DNA from: Lytechinus pictus
Lineage: Eukaryota
Reading direction: 5' to 3'
DNA length: 64,000 bases
Assembly (NCBI RefSeq): GCF_037042905.1
Contig: NC_087245.1
Coordinates: forward strand, 20,834,001 to 20,898,000
Shown here: positions 1 to 11,699 of the stretch, piece after piece
Position numbering within the stretch: position 1 is the stretch's first letter
Layout of the letters: each line of letters begins with the position of its first letter
Translations under genes and position numbers: made by a program
Notes under the pieces: model-generated
Told to the model about the DNA's origin: nothing
Databases searched by the model: none
The model's input: the letters and a program-made list of their open reading frames with translations, nothing else

Positions 1-58
1 ATTAATGATAATAATAATAATAATAAGAAGAAGAAGTAGTAGTAGTAGTAGTAGTAGA
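1..58. repeat. Compound trinucleotide microsatellite (AAT/AAG/AGT)n
   Basis: Runs of aat, aag and agt are directly visible. Confidence 0.9.
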
Positions 59-278
59 AGAGAGAAAGAGAGTCGTTTTCTTAAAGTTCTCTATTTCTCT
101 ATTCATATGGTTCATATTGATACACCCCATTTGCGTGGCTGTTAGTCACAAGCTCCAACGCCCCAGGGACCTAAACTATGACGCCGCAGGGATGATGAAG
201 ACATCTTCTTTCAACGAAACACTGTAATTGTGTTTGGTGAATCAACAAATGAAGTGATAACAGTCACGTCCAGCTTAC

Positions 279-403
279 CTTTCAGTCTACCCCTTCTCAT
301 GTCGAAAGGGGTCAGCAATGCGCATGGAATATGGGTTAAAGAAGACTGAGATCATATCCAAACATAAGCTCTATCTCTTTGGTCTTCTTGTTTAAGGTAC
401 GCT
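279..403 (-). other. Candidate minus-strand exon (125 nt), possibly 5'UTR plus a start (M-R-R-G-R-L-K) or non-coding
   Basis: On the minus strand: acceptor gtttcatcttttag and donor AAAG|gtaagc. All three frames contain a stop, but ATG AGA AGG GGT AGA CTG AAA G runs open into the donor. Confidence 0.3.
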
Positions 404-1458
404 CTAAAAGATGAAACAGGTGGAAAGGGGTAATTGATCCCCTTAAAAGGGCCAATGGTGGACTTTTTTTTAATGGCTGGAAATGCTGTTACTCCTTGGC
501 GATTTTTCCATTCTTTCTCCCCTTTGTCTTTTCTGTTGTAATTTTTATTTAGAGTGTACCAGTGGATATATCGATGGCATTTGATATAGTGAAGTAAAAT
601 TCATCCGCTATACATGTAGAGTGGAGTTTAAGTGGATACAGTCCGCCAACCCTTTAGAAAATAACCATGCTCCCCATCCCACACAATAAAAATGACCACA
701 CCGCTTACTATGAAGGAAACCAGTAAGAAATAAAGTTGGAATTTGTGAAATTCACCCCATCACTCGTCCAATCAGGTTACGCCACTCTGATGGAGACTGA
801 TGACAAGCTTAAGTAGTCAAAATAATGCGAGAACACCCTTTCGGCGCCAAGTGAAAAGGATGTAGATACGATAACAATCTTTCCCATCTGTTCCATCCCA
901 CTACCGTGCTGAAGGTTATACCCTGTCATCAACGGGGGCCTGGCCGATGATAAACTGGGATTGATTAGAATAATATAATAACATTTCATTCAACATGAAC
1001 ACATTGATTCAGACCCTTTGACCCTCTCTTAATCTCTCTTCCCATGAGTCTGCCTATAGCATTCCAGTTTCATGGTGTGAGTCTTGTCATGAAGGTTTGC
1101 TATGTTAGGATGAGAGGGGAGGGGTAGCATTCGACGAGGTGAAACACATTCAATCAAAAGTTTAGTATTGAAAATAATATATTATAATGATAATATTGTT
1201 AAGCAACATATATACAATGCAACTGCTCCAATGCAAATTCAAGTTATTATCTATAAAACGTTATGGAATGTTATTGAAACAAAAATGTGATTTAATTAGT
1301 TTTCCTTCATCTTGGATGCGTGCTCCCATCCCATTTCTATACGCCCTTGTAGTGATATGCCATGTGACAGGAAGTAGTGTGTACCATCATGATCGTGTGT
1401 AGATATGAACAAAGTGTTCCATACTCTGCGCTTACATGGAAGAAATACGCATAATGTG

Positions 1459-1750
1459 GGAGTGCCGTGGTCTAGTGGTTACGACTCTCGTCTTTCAATC
1501 AGAGGGACGTGGGTTCGAATCCCAGCCATGGCGTGTTTTCCTCAGTTCAGCAAGAAATTTACCCACATTGTGCTGCACTCAACCCAGATGAGGTGAATGG
1601 GTACCCGGCAGGATTGATTCCTTGCATGCACTGAGCGCTGAAAGGCAGCTCGAGCTAAATCCGGGGTAATAATAATGACAATGCGCCTCGGAATAGTATT
1701 ATTTCTAAATAGATGGTGCTATATAAATGCCTATTGCTATCATTATTATT
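1459..1750 (+). mobile_element. Full-length tRNA-derived SINE
   Basis: Pol III A box (gtggtctagtgg) and B box (ggttcgaatccc); central block cactcaacccagatgaggtgaatgggtacc shared with the copies at 16022-16507 and 28384-28640; 3' tail gctatataaatgc...(tat)n. Confidence 0.9.
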
Positions 1751-4700
1751 AATTGAGTGTGTAAAGCTTTCTCTGCGATTGATCGGTAGCGATTATGTTT
1801 TGAGTTTAAAAAGATTTTTATACTCTAAAATCACATGATATAGAGAACCCTATGCACAGATGTTGATAGTATACCAGCAGCATGCATACGTTTCCTCCCT
1901 TGTTGACAGACCCTTCGTAAAAATTCATTTAACTATAAAGGGCGCCATAAAGTCTCAGCTACCCACGAAGACTTCTTATCCTTTCATCCATATAGGCCCA
2001 CATCAGTTCTACATCTCTTTCCCCCTTCTCAATTTCTCGATACTCATTTTCCTTCAGTACCCGTTTTATCCGGGCTTCTAATCGTCCTGGCTACGCCTCT
2101 TATCAAAAAGGTCGCTGACAAGTGAAAGTATTACGAATCGGCCTTTCCTCGTTATTACATCCTGATTGGGATTAGATTGGGCACGGTGAAATACTCCAGT
2201 CATACCAGTGCCACCAAACACCAAGATGCCCGACCTATTAAAAAACCCGACTAGCCGAGCATTGGTTTGTTGCAAATCAATTCGGTTGTCATGGTTGTCC
2301 ATTGGAAGTCACAATTATTTACACTGATGTGGACGATTAGGGAGAATGTGTATTATGATATTTTTCAAGGTTATATCTGTTTGTCTGTTGTCCCCTGTAG
2401 AGCTTATAACATAAAGGTGAATTGAAATTGGGACATGATGACATCACCCCAAACACATATTTTAATTTTATAATGTAGTGGAATTATTTTGTCTGCTCTG
2501 TTATGTGATAATATAGTTGGCTGTGTTTAGGATTGGTTTCGGGGAAGTAGCTCTTGTATGGATCTTTTTTTACTGGTAGTATAAGCTGCAAAGCTGAAAA
2601 AATGAAGCATTCGGCCCCAGCACAGCAGTAATCCTCTTTTGCAAGGAATTCCGCTTTTGATGCTATTTCGTCAACATTGAATACATGAAAATGCAATATC
2701 GGTACCAACCTGCGTATTTGTATACCACATATTTATGAAATGCCTCTGATTGGATCTGATCCAGTCTATCGTTCAAGGATCGACCTTTCTGATATGACTG
2801 GGCCTTGAGGCTTGATATCAACCCCATTTAGAGCTAGAGAAAGGATTTATTACGGTGATGTGAAACGTGACGGTTGGTCATCCATTTCATAAAACACTGG
2901 TTTCGGAGTTGCATTTATTTAATATTAATATGTAATTGAACGAGGGTATAAAGTCAAGAGTCTGCATCCCCGAAGAATGGCACAATTGCAACATAGGTAA
3001 ACGGAACACAATGGAAATATGACTTACGCATCACAAGAACATGGGCGCAACATGCGCCAAAAAAATACAATGAAAATGCACTGTGGAATGAGATGTATTT
3101 TGCGCCTTTGTATTGATTTTAATGTGAGAATTCCCGTGCTTTGAGTTAGAGGTATATACAGTATAATCATGATAGAGTGCTTAAAGTTATCATATTTTGT
3201 TGTTTAATGTGCAAGTTGAAACCCTCCATTTTCAATCTGGAGCACTAACAACTTTCTTACTGAGAGGCAAATGAGTCTGATGATGAGAAAAATAATGGAG
3301 TTAATGTTTCACCATTATTTTCGCCCTCTTTTCTTGCTTTTGAGCCTTTTATATAACAATGTTCAAACCAATGTTACGTCAAAAAATGGATGCAATACTT
3401 AATGCTCAGCGTGTCTTTTGTTTTCCTTTCACTTATCATCTCATTCTTCTCTTTCGTTTGCTTTTCTTATTTTCCTCTACTTTTTCCTTTTCCCAACGAT
3501 GGCCATTATTTTTAAATCGTTTATACTTTGACTCTCATCATCTGTACGCATTCAAGACTTTATTTTTTTATCATTATTAGTTTGAATTATGAAAGAGAAC
3601 GTAGGAGATGAGTGTGAAATCGGGGTTCAAGAAAAGAACCTATATTAACTAAAATTGTGAAATATGTAAAGGAAAGGGGGAATATCCTCAGTTAAAGAAA
3701 GATCCCGCCCCTCTCAAGTGAAAATACAAAAGACAAGAAATGCTCACGGCGGTATCGTGCTACGAACTGACAGACGGAGTTGCTTGAAGGAAAAGAAAAG
3801 GGAATATTAATTCTTACATATCAACATGGCATGCAGAAACTGCACAATCTCTCATATAAACACACTGATAAAGATAAAAAAACAGCATCGAATCAATGAA
3901 TCCCTCAAAAGATGAAAAAACTGGCAGAAATCTTGTGCTATAACAGTGTACACCTTTTACATACTTTATGCTTTCTGAAAATGACGTGCATCATGCGAGC
4001 TTCAATAAGCAATAACGATATCCAAAGGTTTTCTTGTCAGTTGTTGCTATCAGCAGCAAAGTTCGATAACAATGTTCTCCAGACTATAGCAGAATTTGTC
4101 CTCCGGGGCGTTGCCCTCCCAGGCACATATTCAAGCGAGAAGAAAAAACTCATCTGACATTATACGATTTCCGCTGCTCGATCTATTGCTTGGCCATCCG
4201 GAATAATTTACCAGACAACATTAGAAGAAGAAAATAAAATTGACTTCTGCAATTCTACATAAGTATACGCTTGAAATCAGCACTGACGAGCTTCGTTTCC
4301 GCTTCTTAAACTATGAGTATTTTTTTTCTGATTTATCTATTTTTGGTGATTTTGTCCTACTCTTACAATGTAAAAATAGGAATTTCCTTAGTTAGAGATA
4401 TGCATTTCTTCTAATTATACTACATATGTTTTGTCATTATTGATTTTTTATAAAATTATTCCAGTGTTTTCCCATCCTTTTTTGATCTGGTATGTGTCTT
4501 TAAAAAATTATGCTTTAGAAAATTAGATACTGTATATACATGAGTATTAGAAATTAGATCTACCACGGGCAAAACAAGTCAGACCCCGAAAATAAATGCA
4601 CTTTATTAGGGAAGGTTATATGATTTTTAAAAAGTTAAAGGTTTTAGATCTACACTGACATGTCTGAGGGACATCAAAATGGAGATTGAATGTTTTACCA

Positions 4701-4978
4701 CTTTAAAGAAAGTGCACCTGTGTTTAAAAGTTTGGTCCTTGATTCCATTACTCTACCAAATGAGCCGATAGCAACCTCTAGAGCAAGGTAGTCCAAATCA
4801 TTATTGTACGTATGCACTGCGTTCTCTTTTCACTCGTTTTCTTTCTGTGAATCAATTAAATTTCAAGCTCTTGATGTGGAAACTTTTATAAATGCAATTT
4901 GTTTTCTGATTGTTGATTATTGATAATTTTTTATATTATAGATTGTAAAATGATCATGAATATTGTTGCGTGATAATA

Positions 4979-5199
4979 CACAGTAAAACATTAACATATT
5001 ATACAACTCTGTTTGCAATATGTACCATACATTGGTTAAGTTTGAATATCCATTGTTTAATTTATTGAGAATTAGGCATTAAAACTAAACTTTGTTTGTT
5101 TTAGATTTGATACACCTGTTTATACTGTTTAAACAACTATAATTGTAAGGTTCAAATAATAAACAGCGTTGCCAAATTATAAACAACGTTATTACTGTG
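4979..5199. mobile_element. Degenerate MITE with CACAGTAA...TTACTGTG termini and TA flanks
   Basis: ta|cacagtaa at 4977-4986 and ttactgtg|ta at 5192-5201; internal aaacaac/gttgttt-like subrepeats. Confidence 0.5.
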
Positions 5200-5425
5200 T
5201 ATATGAAATATAGAAACAACACTTAAACAAGCATCTCCAGACATATTTAGGGACCATCACATCATATTGTTCTTCATTGAATCGTATAATTCTAAATATG
5301 ACTTTTCATATCTTTGATAATTATCATGATTCAATGCACATACAGAGTTTTTATTCTTTGCTGAAAATGAACACATTTTATTAACACTGTATTTTGTATT
5401 TTGTAGCGATCATTTAGGCCTGTAC

Positions 5426-5612
5426 CAGGGGCCGCGGAAGCGGGGGGGGGGGGGGGGCTGGGGGGGTGCTTCAGCCCCCCCCACTTTTTTCCAAAACCGT
5501 GTACAAAAACGTAAAAATTACCATATGATTGTGATTTTTAGCATGGTCAGCCCCCCCACTTTTGGCTCAGCCCCCCCCCCCCCCCACTTTGAAAACCGTT
5601 CCGCGGCCCCTG
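5426..5612. mobile_element. Non-autonomous DNA transposon (MITE) with 5-bp TSD TGTAC
   Basis: TIRs caggggccgcggaa / ttccgcggcccctg; TGTAC at 5421-5425 and 5613-5617; G/C homopolymer tracts inside. Confidence 0.9.
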
Positions 5613-6705
5613 TGTACTATGTCAGAAAACTATAAGAGAAAAATGAATCTGTAATTTTCATGCTATTACGGACTTTTGAATTAATTTTATACCAAGTCAA
5701 AAATCAATCACTCGCATCCTAACAGTGAGTAGTTATAAGCGTTTCGGTGAGGGTCAGTGTTTATTAGAACACGATCTCTGCATGATGTTGACAGAATCAC
5801 GTGATATTGACACGTGACCTGAACGGAACGTGACTCATCACCCAGTTGGAGTCCTACTTCATATCACATTATTGGTCAAGAGAATGATAGTGATTGGACC
5901 ACCGGGCATCAAGTCTTGTCATATTGATAAGGTGACTGTCATGGGCATCGTCAATAAAAAAAAACGATTGGGAAGTGAGCGTTGGCCTGACCCCTTTTTA
6001 TCTTACGCTTTCTCTATACATTCTTTCTCCCTTTATTCATTTTTTTTTGTATGGTTGTTTGTTACTTTTATTTCTTTCTTTTCTTCTTTTTCATTTTTTT
6101 GGTAATTAATTTGTTTAATTATTGATTTAATTTATTTATATCTTTCATTTTTAATTAACTACTTAATTCATTTATTTTATTTCTTAATTTATTGTTAAAC
6201 TTTATTTATGATAATTTATTCACTCACTCATTCATTCATTCATTTTTCTATCTGATTCTTGTTTTCTCTATGCTTCTCTTTCTCAACTTGAGTCTACTTC
6301 TTTGTTTATGCTTGTTGTATATTACAGACCGTATCACTTTTTAATAAGTCATCTGCATACCCCTTTCCTTCTGTATAGCTCTCTTTTTTATATGAAAAGA
6401 CGTTAGCTAACCCAGATTTAAGACATGCACTGAGGGAAGACTTGTTCTAAAATCTAGATGTCCCCTGTATGTACATGTATATATATATATAATTATATAT
6501 TCGAGCTCCGAGACACGTCTTTCAAATAGTGACGTTCAATTTAGTCTCCAGACTGAATAATCTGACAGAATAGACCCTCACTATAATAGGAATATGGGAC
6601 GGGTGCATAAAATTTCCAACAAATATGTTTTCTTAAGAAATAAAAATAATAATTTTCACCCGTTATCTATGATACGAGAGAGGTTGTATTGACATTTTAA
6701 TGAAT

Positions 6706-6945
6706 CATGGTGGTAGTGGTTCTGACTTTAACCTTCTATAATCAGAGGGTCGATGGTCGAATCCCACTGCGGCACAAACATCCTTTGAAAAGAAGACGTC
6801 ATTTTATACTATAGCATGTTTTAAACTGTGCCCAAAAGTGAACGTCAGTTGTCAGTGTCTTGAACGCTCATTTTGCTGGATTACTCCTCAGGGAGTGAAG
6901 TATGTACATGATTATATGGGCAAGATAAATACCGATCAGCGAAAG
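6706..6945 (+). mobile_element. Degenerate tRNA-derived SINE 5' part, apparently interrupted by the foldback element
   Basis: ggtagtggtt...aatcagaggg...ggtcgaatcccac resembles the head of the SINE at 1459. A (tat)n tail follows the foldback at about 8758-8770. Confidence 0.55.
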
Positions 6946-6955
6946 CGACAAAACG

Positions 6956-8689
6956 CGGGCCCGGCCGCGAAATTATTTTTCCCACCGAGTTCTGGACCAA
7001 CATATGAATATTCATGACTTGCGTCTTCGGATTGAGAGTACGCATGCGCGTGGACTTTGCCTCGACCAGTGCCGATCGTAAGCATTCACGTTGCTCAGAA
7101 TGAATTAGCATCGTCAAATTACCGGTACCCTTACATAGTTACATAGGTCTTATAGGCTTAGATCTATATATATATATATATATCCAATTCTTAAACACTT
7201 AATAAACTAGCTGCCATTAATGGCAAGACATGTGCTAGGGTAGGGCTAGCTTAGGCTAGCGCATTAACTTTACCTCAAATCTGGACCTGTCTAATGCCTA
7301 ATACTAATAGGAATAGCCGACTAATGCCATGGTTAACTTCGAACTGGTTAATTCCGAACTTCACGTTTAATTAGGTTTAGACAAATGTTAGCTTATTTGC
7401 CATGGTTTAATATGTCTAGTCCGTATACAAAACCAGTCCTAGATCTAAAAAAAAATTATCTTATATAGTTCTAGTCTAGTCTCTATATCTAGACTCTGAT
7501 CTACGCTGTATCAGCATGGAACCAGTAGTGTACCAAGGGTGGGGGGAAGACTGTCCCTCTGACGAGTCACAACTGATTCAGGGGACGTGCCCCCTTTGAG
7601 AAGCCATATTAATAATTTGTAATGTAAAAATGCAATGAAAAAGACGTATGTCCCCTTTTTTTAACGTGAAGATCTTTTTTTTTTTTTTTTGCTTGTCAAT
7701 TTTTTTTTCAGCTAAGAAATCCATAATTTGGGGTGAATACCCTTTTTTTTTTTTTTGGGGGGGGGGCTTGTCACATTTTTTCGCGGACGAAATATCCTCT
7801 AAAAAAATTGCCCCCCTTTTGGAAAATCCTACGTACACCAGTGCGTGCATAGAACGTATTCTAACGTCAGGCACAAATTAACGTCAGTGATCTTGATCCC
7901 CGTCTTCACCCAAAATTAAGGATTTCGTAGCTGAAAAAAATTTGACAAGAAAAAAAAAAAGATTTTCACGTTCAAAAGAGGGGACATACGTCTTTTTTCG
8001 TTGCATTTTGACATTACAAATTATTAATTTGGCTTCTCAATGGGGGGGGGGGGCACGTCCCCTGGATCAGTTGTGACTCGTCAGGGGGGCAGTCTGCCCC
8101 CCCCCCCCCTTTGGTACACTAGTGGTTCCATGCTGATAGCGCGTAGATCAGAGTCTAGATCTAGAGACTAGACTAGAACTAAGATATTTATTTTAGATCT
8201 AGGACTGGTTCTGTATACGGACTAGACATATTAAACCATGGCAAATAAGCTAATATTGATCCAAACCTAATCAAACGTAAAGTTCGGAATTAACAAGTTC
8301 GAAGTTAACCATGGCATTAGTCGGCTATTCCTATTAGTATTAGGCATTAGACAGGTCCAGATTTGAGGTAAAGTTAATGCGCTAGCCTAAGCTAGCCCTA
8401 CCCTAGCACATGTCTTGCCATTAATGGCAGCTAGTTTGATAAGTGTTTAAGAATTGGATGTACTGTATATATAGATCTAAGCCTATAAGGCCTATGTAAC
8501 TATGTAAGGGTACCGGTAATTTGACGATGCTAATTCATTCTGAGCAACGTGAATGCTTACGATCGGCACTGGTCGAGGCCAAGTCCACGCGCATGCGTAC
8601 TCTCAATCCGAAGACGCAAGTCATGAATATTCATATGTCGGTCCAGAACTCGGTGGGAAAAATAATTTCGCGGCCCGGCCTCGCCCCTA
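6956..8689. mobile_element. Foldback non-autonomous DNA transposon, ~780-bp inverted arms, 10-bp flanking direct repeat CGACAAAACG (AcademH- or Mutator-like)
   Basis: 6956-~7737 is the near-identical reverse complement of ~7906-8680, with a ~170-bp spacer. CGACAAAACG occurs at 6946-6955 and 8690-8699. The right end is ...CGCCCCTA. Confidence 0.88.
7523..7843 (-). mobile_element. Nested hAT-like MITE inside the foldback (same family as 21592-21830)
   Basis: Ends cagtagtgtacc / gtacaccagtg. The reverse complement of ttgccccccttttggaaaatccta matches taggattttccaaagg..gggcaa at ~21604. catggaac / catagaac may be a degenerate 8-bp TSD. Confidence 0.7.
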
Positions 8690-8776
8690 CGACAAAACGT
8701 CCTCGACTCTTCTGGCACAAGACCGACCTGCTTTGTGTGAGTGGAATACTATTGCCATTATTATTATTATCTAGTC

Positions 8777-8895
8777 GAGGCGCCGTCACTTAATATGGGT
8801 AAAACACTTGACTGAAAGTGCTAGGTCTATAAATACGATTCCTGCTAACTCACTCGTGGCCTTGAACAAGGCATTTTAGCTTCATTACTCTTTAT
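8777..8895 (+). mobile_element. Highly degenerate SINE head
   Basis: gaggcgccgt...gtggccttgaacaaggcatttt resembles gcccgtgagcaaagcattt in the SINE at 10083. Confidence 0.4.
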
Positions 8896-8983
8896 AATAA
8901 TACATTGAATAAATTGTGATTCGAATATTGATCCGTTCCTTCGTGGCTTTTCAACAAAGAATCCCATCTATCCTGGAACTAGC

Positions 8984-9127
8984 TAGGGGCCGAGGAACGA
9001 TTTTGGAAGTGTGTGTGTGGGAAGGGGGGGGGGGGGCTGAATACGGATAAATTTTGATGTTCATTTTCACGTTTCTGTACATGGTTACTGCAAAAAAAAA
9101 AGAGGGGTGGGGCTTCCTCTCCCCCTG
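8984..9127. mobile_element. Degenerate copy of the caggggccgcggaa MITE family
   Basis: aggggccgaggaacgattttggaagtg...ggggggctga matches the reverse complement of the 3' end of 5426-5612; no clear TSD. Confidence 0.55.
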
Positions 9128-10082
9128 CTATAATGCCTTCCACATCCAGTCTCGCTTGTATGGCAATGTCTTCCACAAGTTCTTTATGTAGATGCACTTG
9201 ACTCTCCTTATCCTTTCCCCATCCTTTCATAATTCTAAATTGGTAAAATTTACATGAATATCGGGTATGCTTTTAAGGTTTGGAATTTCATCTCAGAAAG
9301 TTCTTAGTATCTGGGTCGCAGTTTCACTACCGCGTGAGACTATGGTGGATAAATGGGAGTGATTACTCTCTCTCCTATAATCCCAGGTCTTCATTATCAA
9401 AGATGCCGAAAATGGGTCCATTGGGGATTCCATATTAGACGCCCCTTCAAGACGAAATGGTTCTCGTCTACTAGTTAGAGGAGGAGAATGATGAATAGAT
9501 AAGATAAAAGGCGGACAGGCCATGCAGACAATGTCTAATAGATTATTAGGAGCATTGCAGTTTGGTCTTGGGTTATTTTCGGAGCATTATTATCTACTCT
9601 ATTGTTTTCTCTCTTCCTCTCTCAACACCCTTGAAACAAAAAACATAAAATTTTCATTTAAAAGAGCTGATGTGTGATTAATTGACAAGTTAAGGGTTGA
9701 AAATAAAATGATTGATTTCCCCCATGGTAAAAGCATTACATAACATTTCGAAAACATTGTCATTTTTGGTTCTTTCGAATGGTAATTATTGTTTTCTTTC
9801 TCTAGATTGAACGTTTTCACTCTGTCTTTTTCTACATACATTTACCTCCAAGTCCCCCACCTCTTTTATCTCAATCTTTCATATATAGCACTCTGTATCA
9901 AAATGCATCACGTATTCATCCACTTTGAATGGGGACATACCAAGGTGATCGCCATGAAGTATAATGCACAGTTTTAATGCAATTATTATTTTTTATTTTT
10001 TATCGACCTTTATAAAATCTGACAGAATACTATATGTGTATTGACTATGATGATAAATACCTGCGTCGGTATACAGCATTGT

Positions 10083-10250
10083 GGAGGTGCAGTGGCCGAG
10101 TGGTCTAGGGCGCCTGGTGAGAAACGGGGTTCGATCCCCGGCCTCGGCACTTATGCCCGTGAGCAAAGCATTTAATGGACAGTGCTCTCTTATTCTACAT
10201 TCAAATAAATGGAAATGTTATACGCTTTCAGGTGTGCACTTGTTTTAAAG
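10083..10250 (+). mobile_element. tRNA-derived SINE (second family, shortened tRNA head)
   Basis: A box gtggccgagtggt and B box ggttcgatcccc, followed by a non-tRNA body; no complete cloverleaf. Confidence 0.8.
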
Positions 10251-11603
10251 AAAGTAATTTCGTGTCTTGAATATGATGCTCAACATACGTTGTAAAAAGC
10301 ATTAGAGACTTGTAAATAGATGTAGATCAAGTAATCAATTATGAATAGTTAAAATACAATAACATGTCATTTCATCAACATACAAAACATGAATTCATAC
10401 AAATTGAGCAATATTTATTCAATGATTGTAAATTAAGACTATTTTACAATGAACGCTATCGGCAACCACCCCCCCCCAAAAAAAAAAAAAAAAAGATAAA
10501 TAAAATATGGGGAAATATGACTTGAAGACGACTGGCTTTCGACACATTGGCAAAGTCTTTTATAAGAGACGAGAGCTAGCTCGAGACTCGAGACAGGATT
10601 ATTTATCATTCTGCCGTCACCATTCCTATTAATTTCGTTTGTGTATCACATTGATTACTTAGAATTCTCTTCCCTTCAAAACATTTTTATTTTGGCTCAT
10701 TTAACTTAATTTTTTTGTATCATTATTGGAAGAAGTAATGTGTATTACCAGAACATCTCTACGGTGCTGCATATAGGAACTGGTTTTCAATGAAATTCTC
10801 AGAGAGAGCGTCAGCTGATATATATATATATTTTTATTTGCAAAACTGAGATCGTGAAGATATTATAGGGAAATGCCCCAAATGCAATGATTTTAATTGT
10901 AGTCTTCAAACTTTTTCAGGCGAAGTTGAAACACAATGGCAGACTATACCATCTATTTTACCCATCTAACTGTACACCGCATATTATCGTTTCGCAACAA
11001 ATCAATACCCCAATACATCCCCTGTATCGATTAGGTCTTAGACTACAATACTCAAACGACCCAGTCCAATTGTAAAGGCTGTTCCAGAGACTCGGTCTTG
11101 ATGTAGGATTAAACTAAGGGGTTAGGCCCCTGTCCTTAGTGGTTATACACATAACGTGTGCCCCTTCTCGACTCAATAATACACAGAAAGCGCTTTGGCG
11201 CGTAAGGTAAACAAAAACGTTACAAACGTCACCTGTTGTGAGGGGGACTACGAGTTTCGTCTCATAATTTTGGGACGTTTTTGTGGAATTTTGTTTCCTG
11301 TCTTGGAGCTTTCTCCATCCAGACGGCACAGTTTTCCACTAGATTCGAGGATTTAATAGGAATACCTGGCCGTTCTTGACATATCGAGTCTTGGATCTGT
11401 TGGACCAAACATTTTGAAGGAATTGAAGATATCCCCAAGGACATTCTTTTTCGGACTGATTACCTATTGAATATCGTTCAGACTGATTTTAGAAGTGGAA
11501 GATTCAGAATATTCAGAAGAAGCTAATTACTTTGTTCACTCCTAAGGAGTCAAGAAAAACTTTTTTTCGACGTAAGATTGTGACAACCTGAAGAGTTATC
11601 ATC

Positions 11604-11699
11604 ATGTCGGCTATGTATGGAGGTGGAGGTGGGGATGAGGTGGTAGTAGCTGGTAGCTCAGCTCTCTACAACAAGCTAGGATTAACCAAATCTGAAGAG
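11604..11699 (+). CDS. Candidate first coding exon of an unidentified gene (32 aa: MSAMYGGGGGDEVVVAGSSALYNKLGLTKSEE)
   Basis: ATC-ATG start with A at -3; stop-free, protein-like 96 nt ending at the donor GAG|gtaatg (phase 0); preceded by ~350-500 bp of unique, GC-richer UTR/promoter-like sequence. Confidence 0.65.

Noticed and set aside
1459..1535. tRNA gene (also 10083-10147 and 28384-28460)
   Set aside because: A/B boxes are present, but the sequence runs into a shared SINE body and tail with no intact cloverleaf or terminator; these are SINE heads.
3028..3080. Minus-strand exon candidate (ccacag...TGC|gtaagt)
   Set aside because: U-rich intron-like composition and weak exonic donor context.
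6881..8793. Duplicated ORF pair MTMLIHSEQRECLRS... on opposite strands (also 7578-7881)
   Set aside because: Artefact of the foldback arms; TTG start and no recognisable domain.
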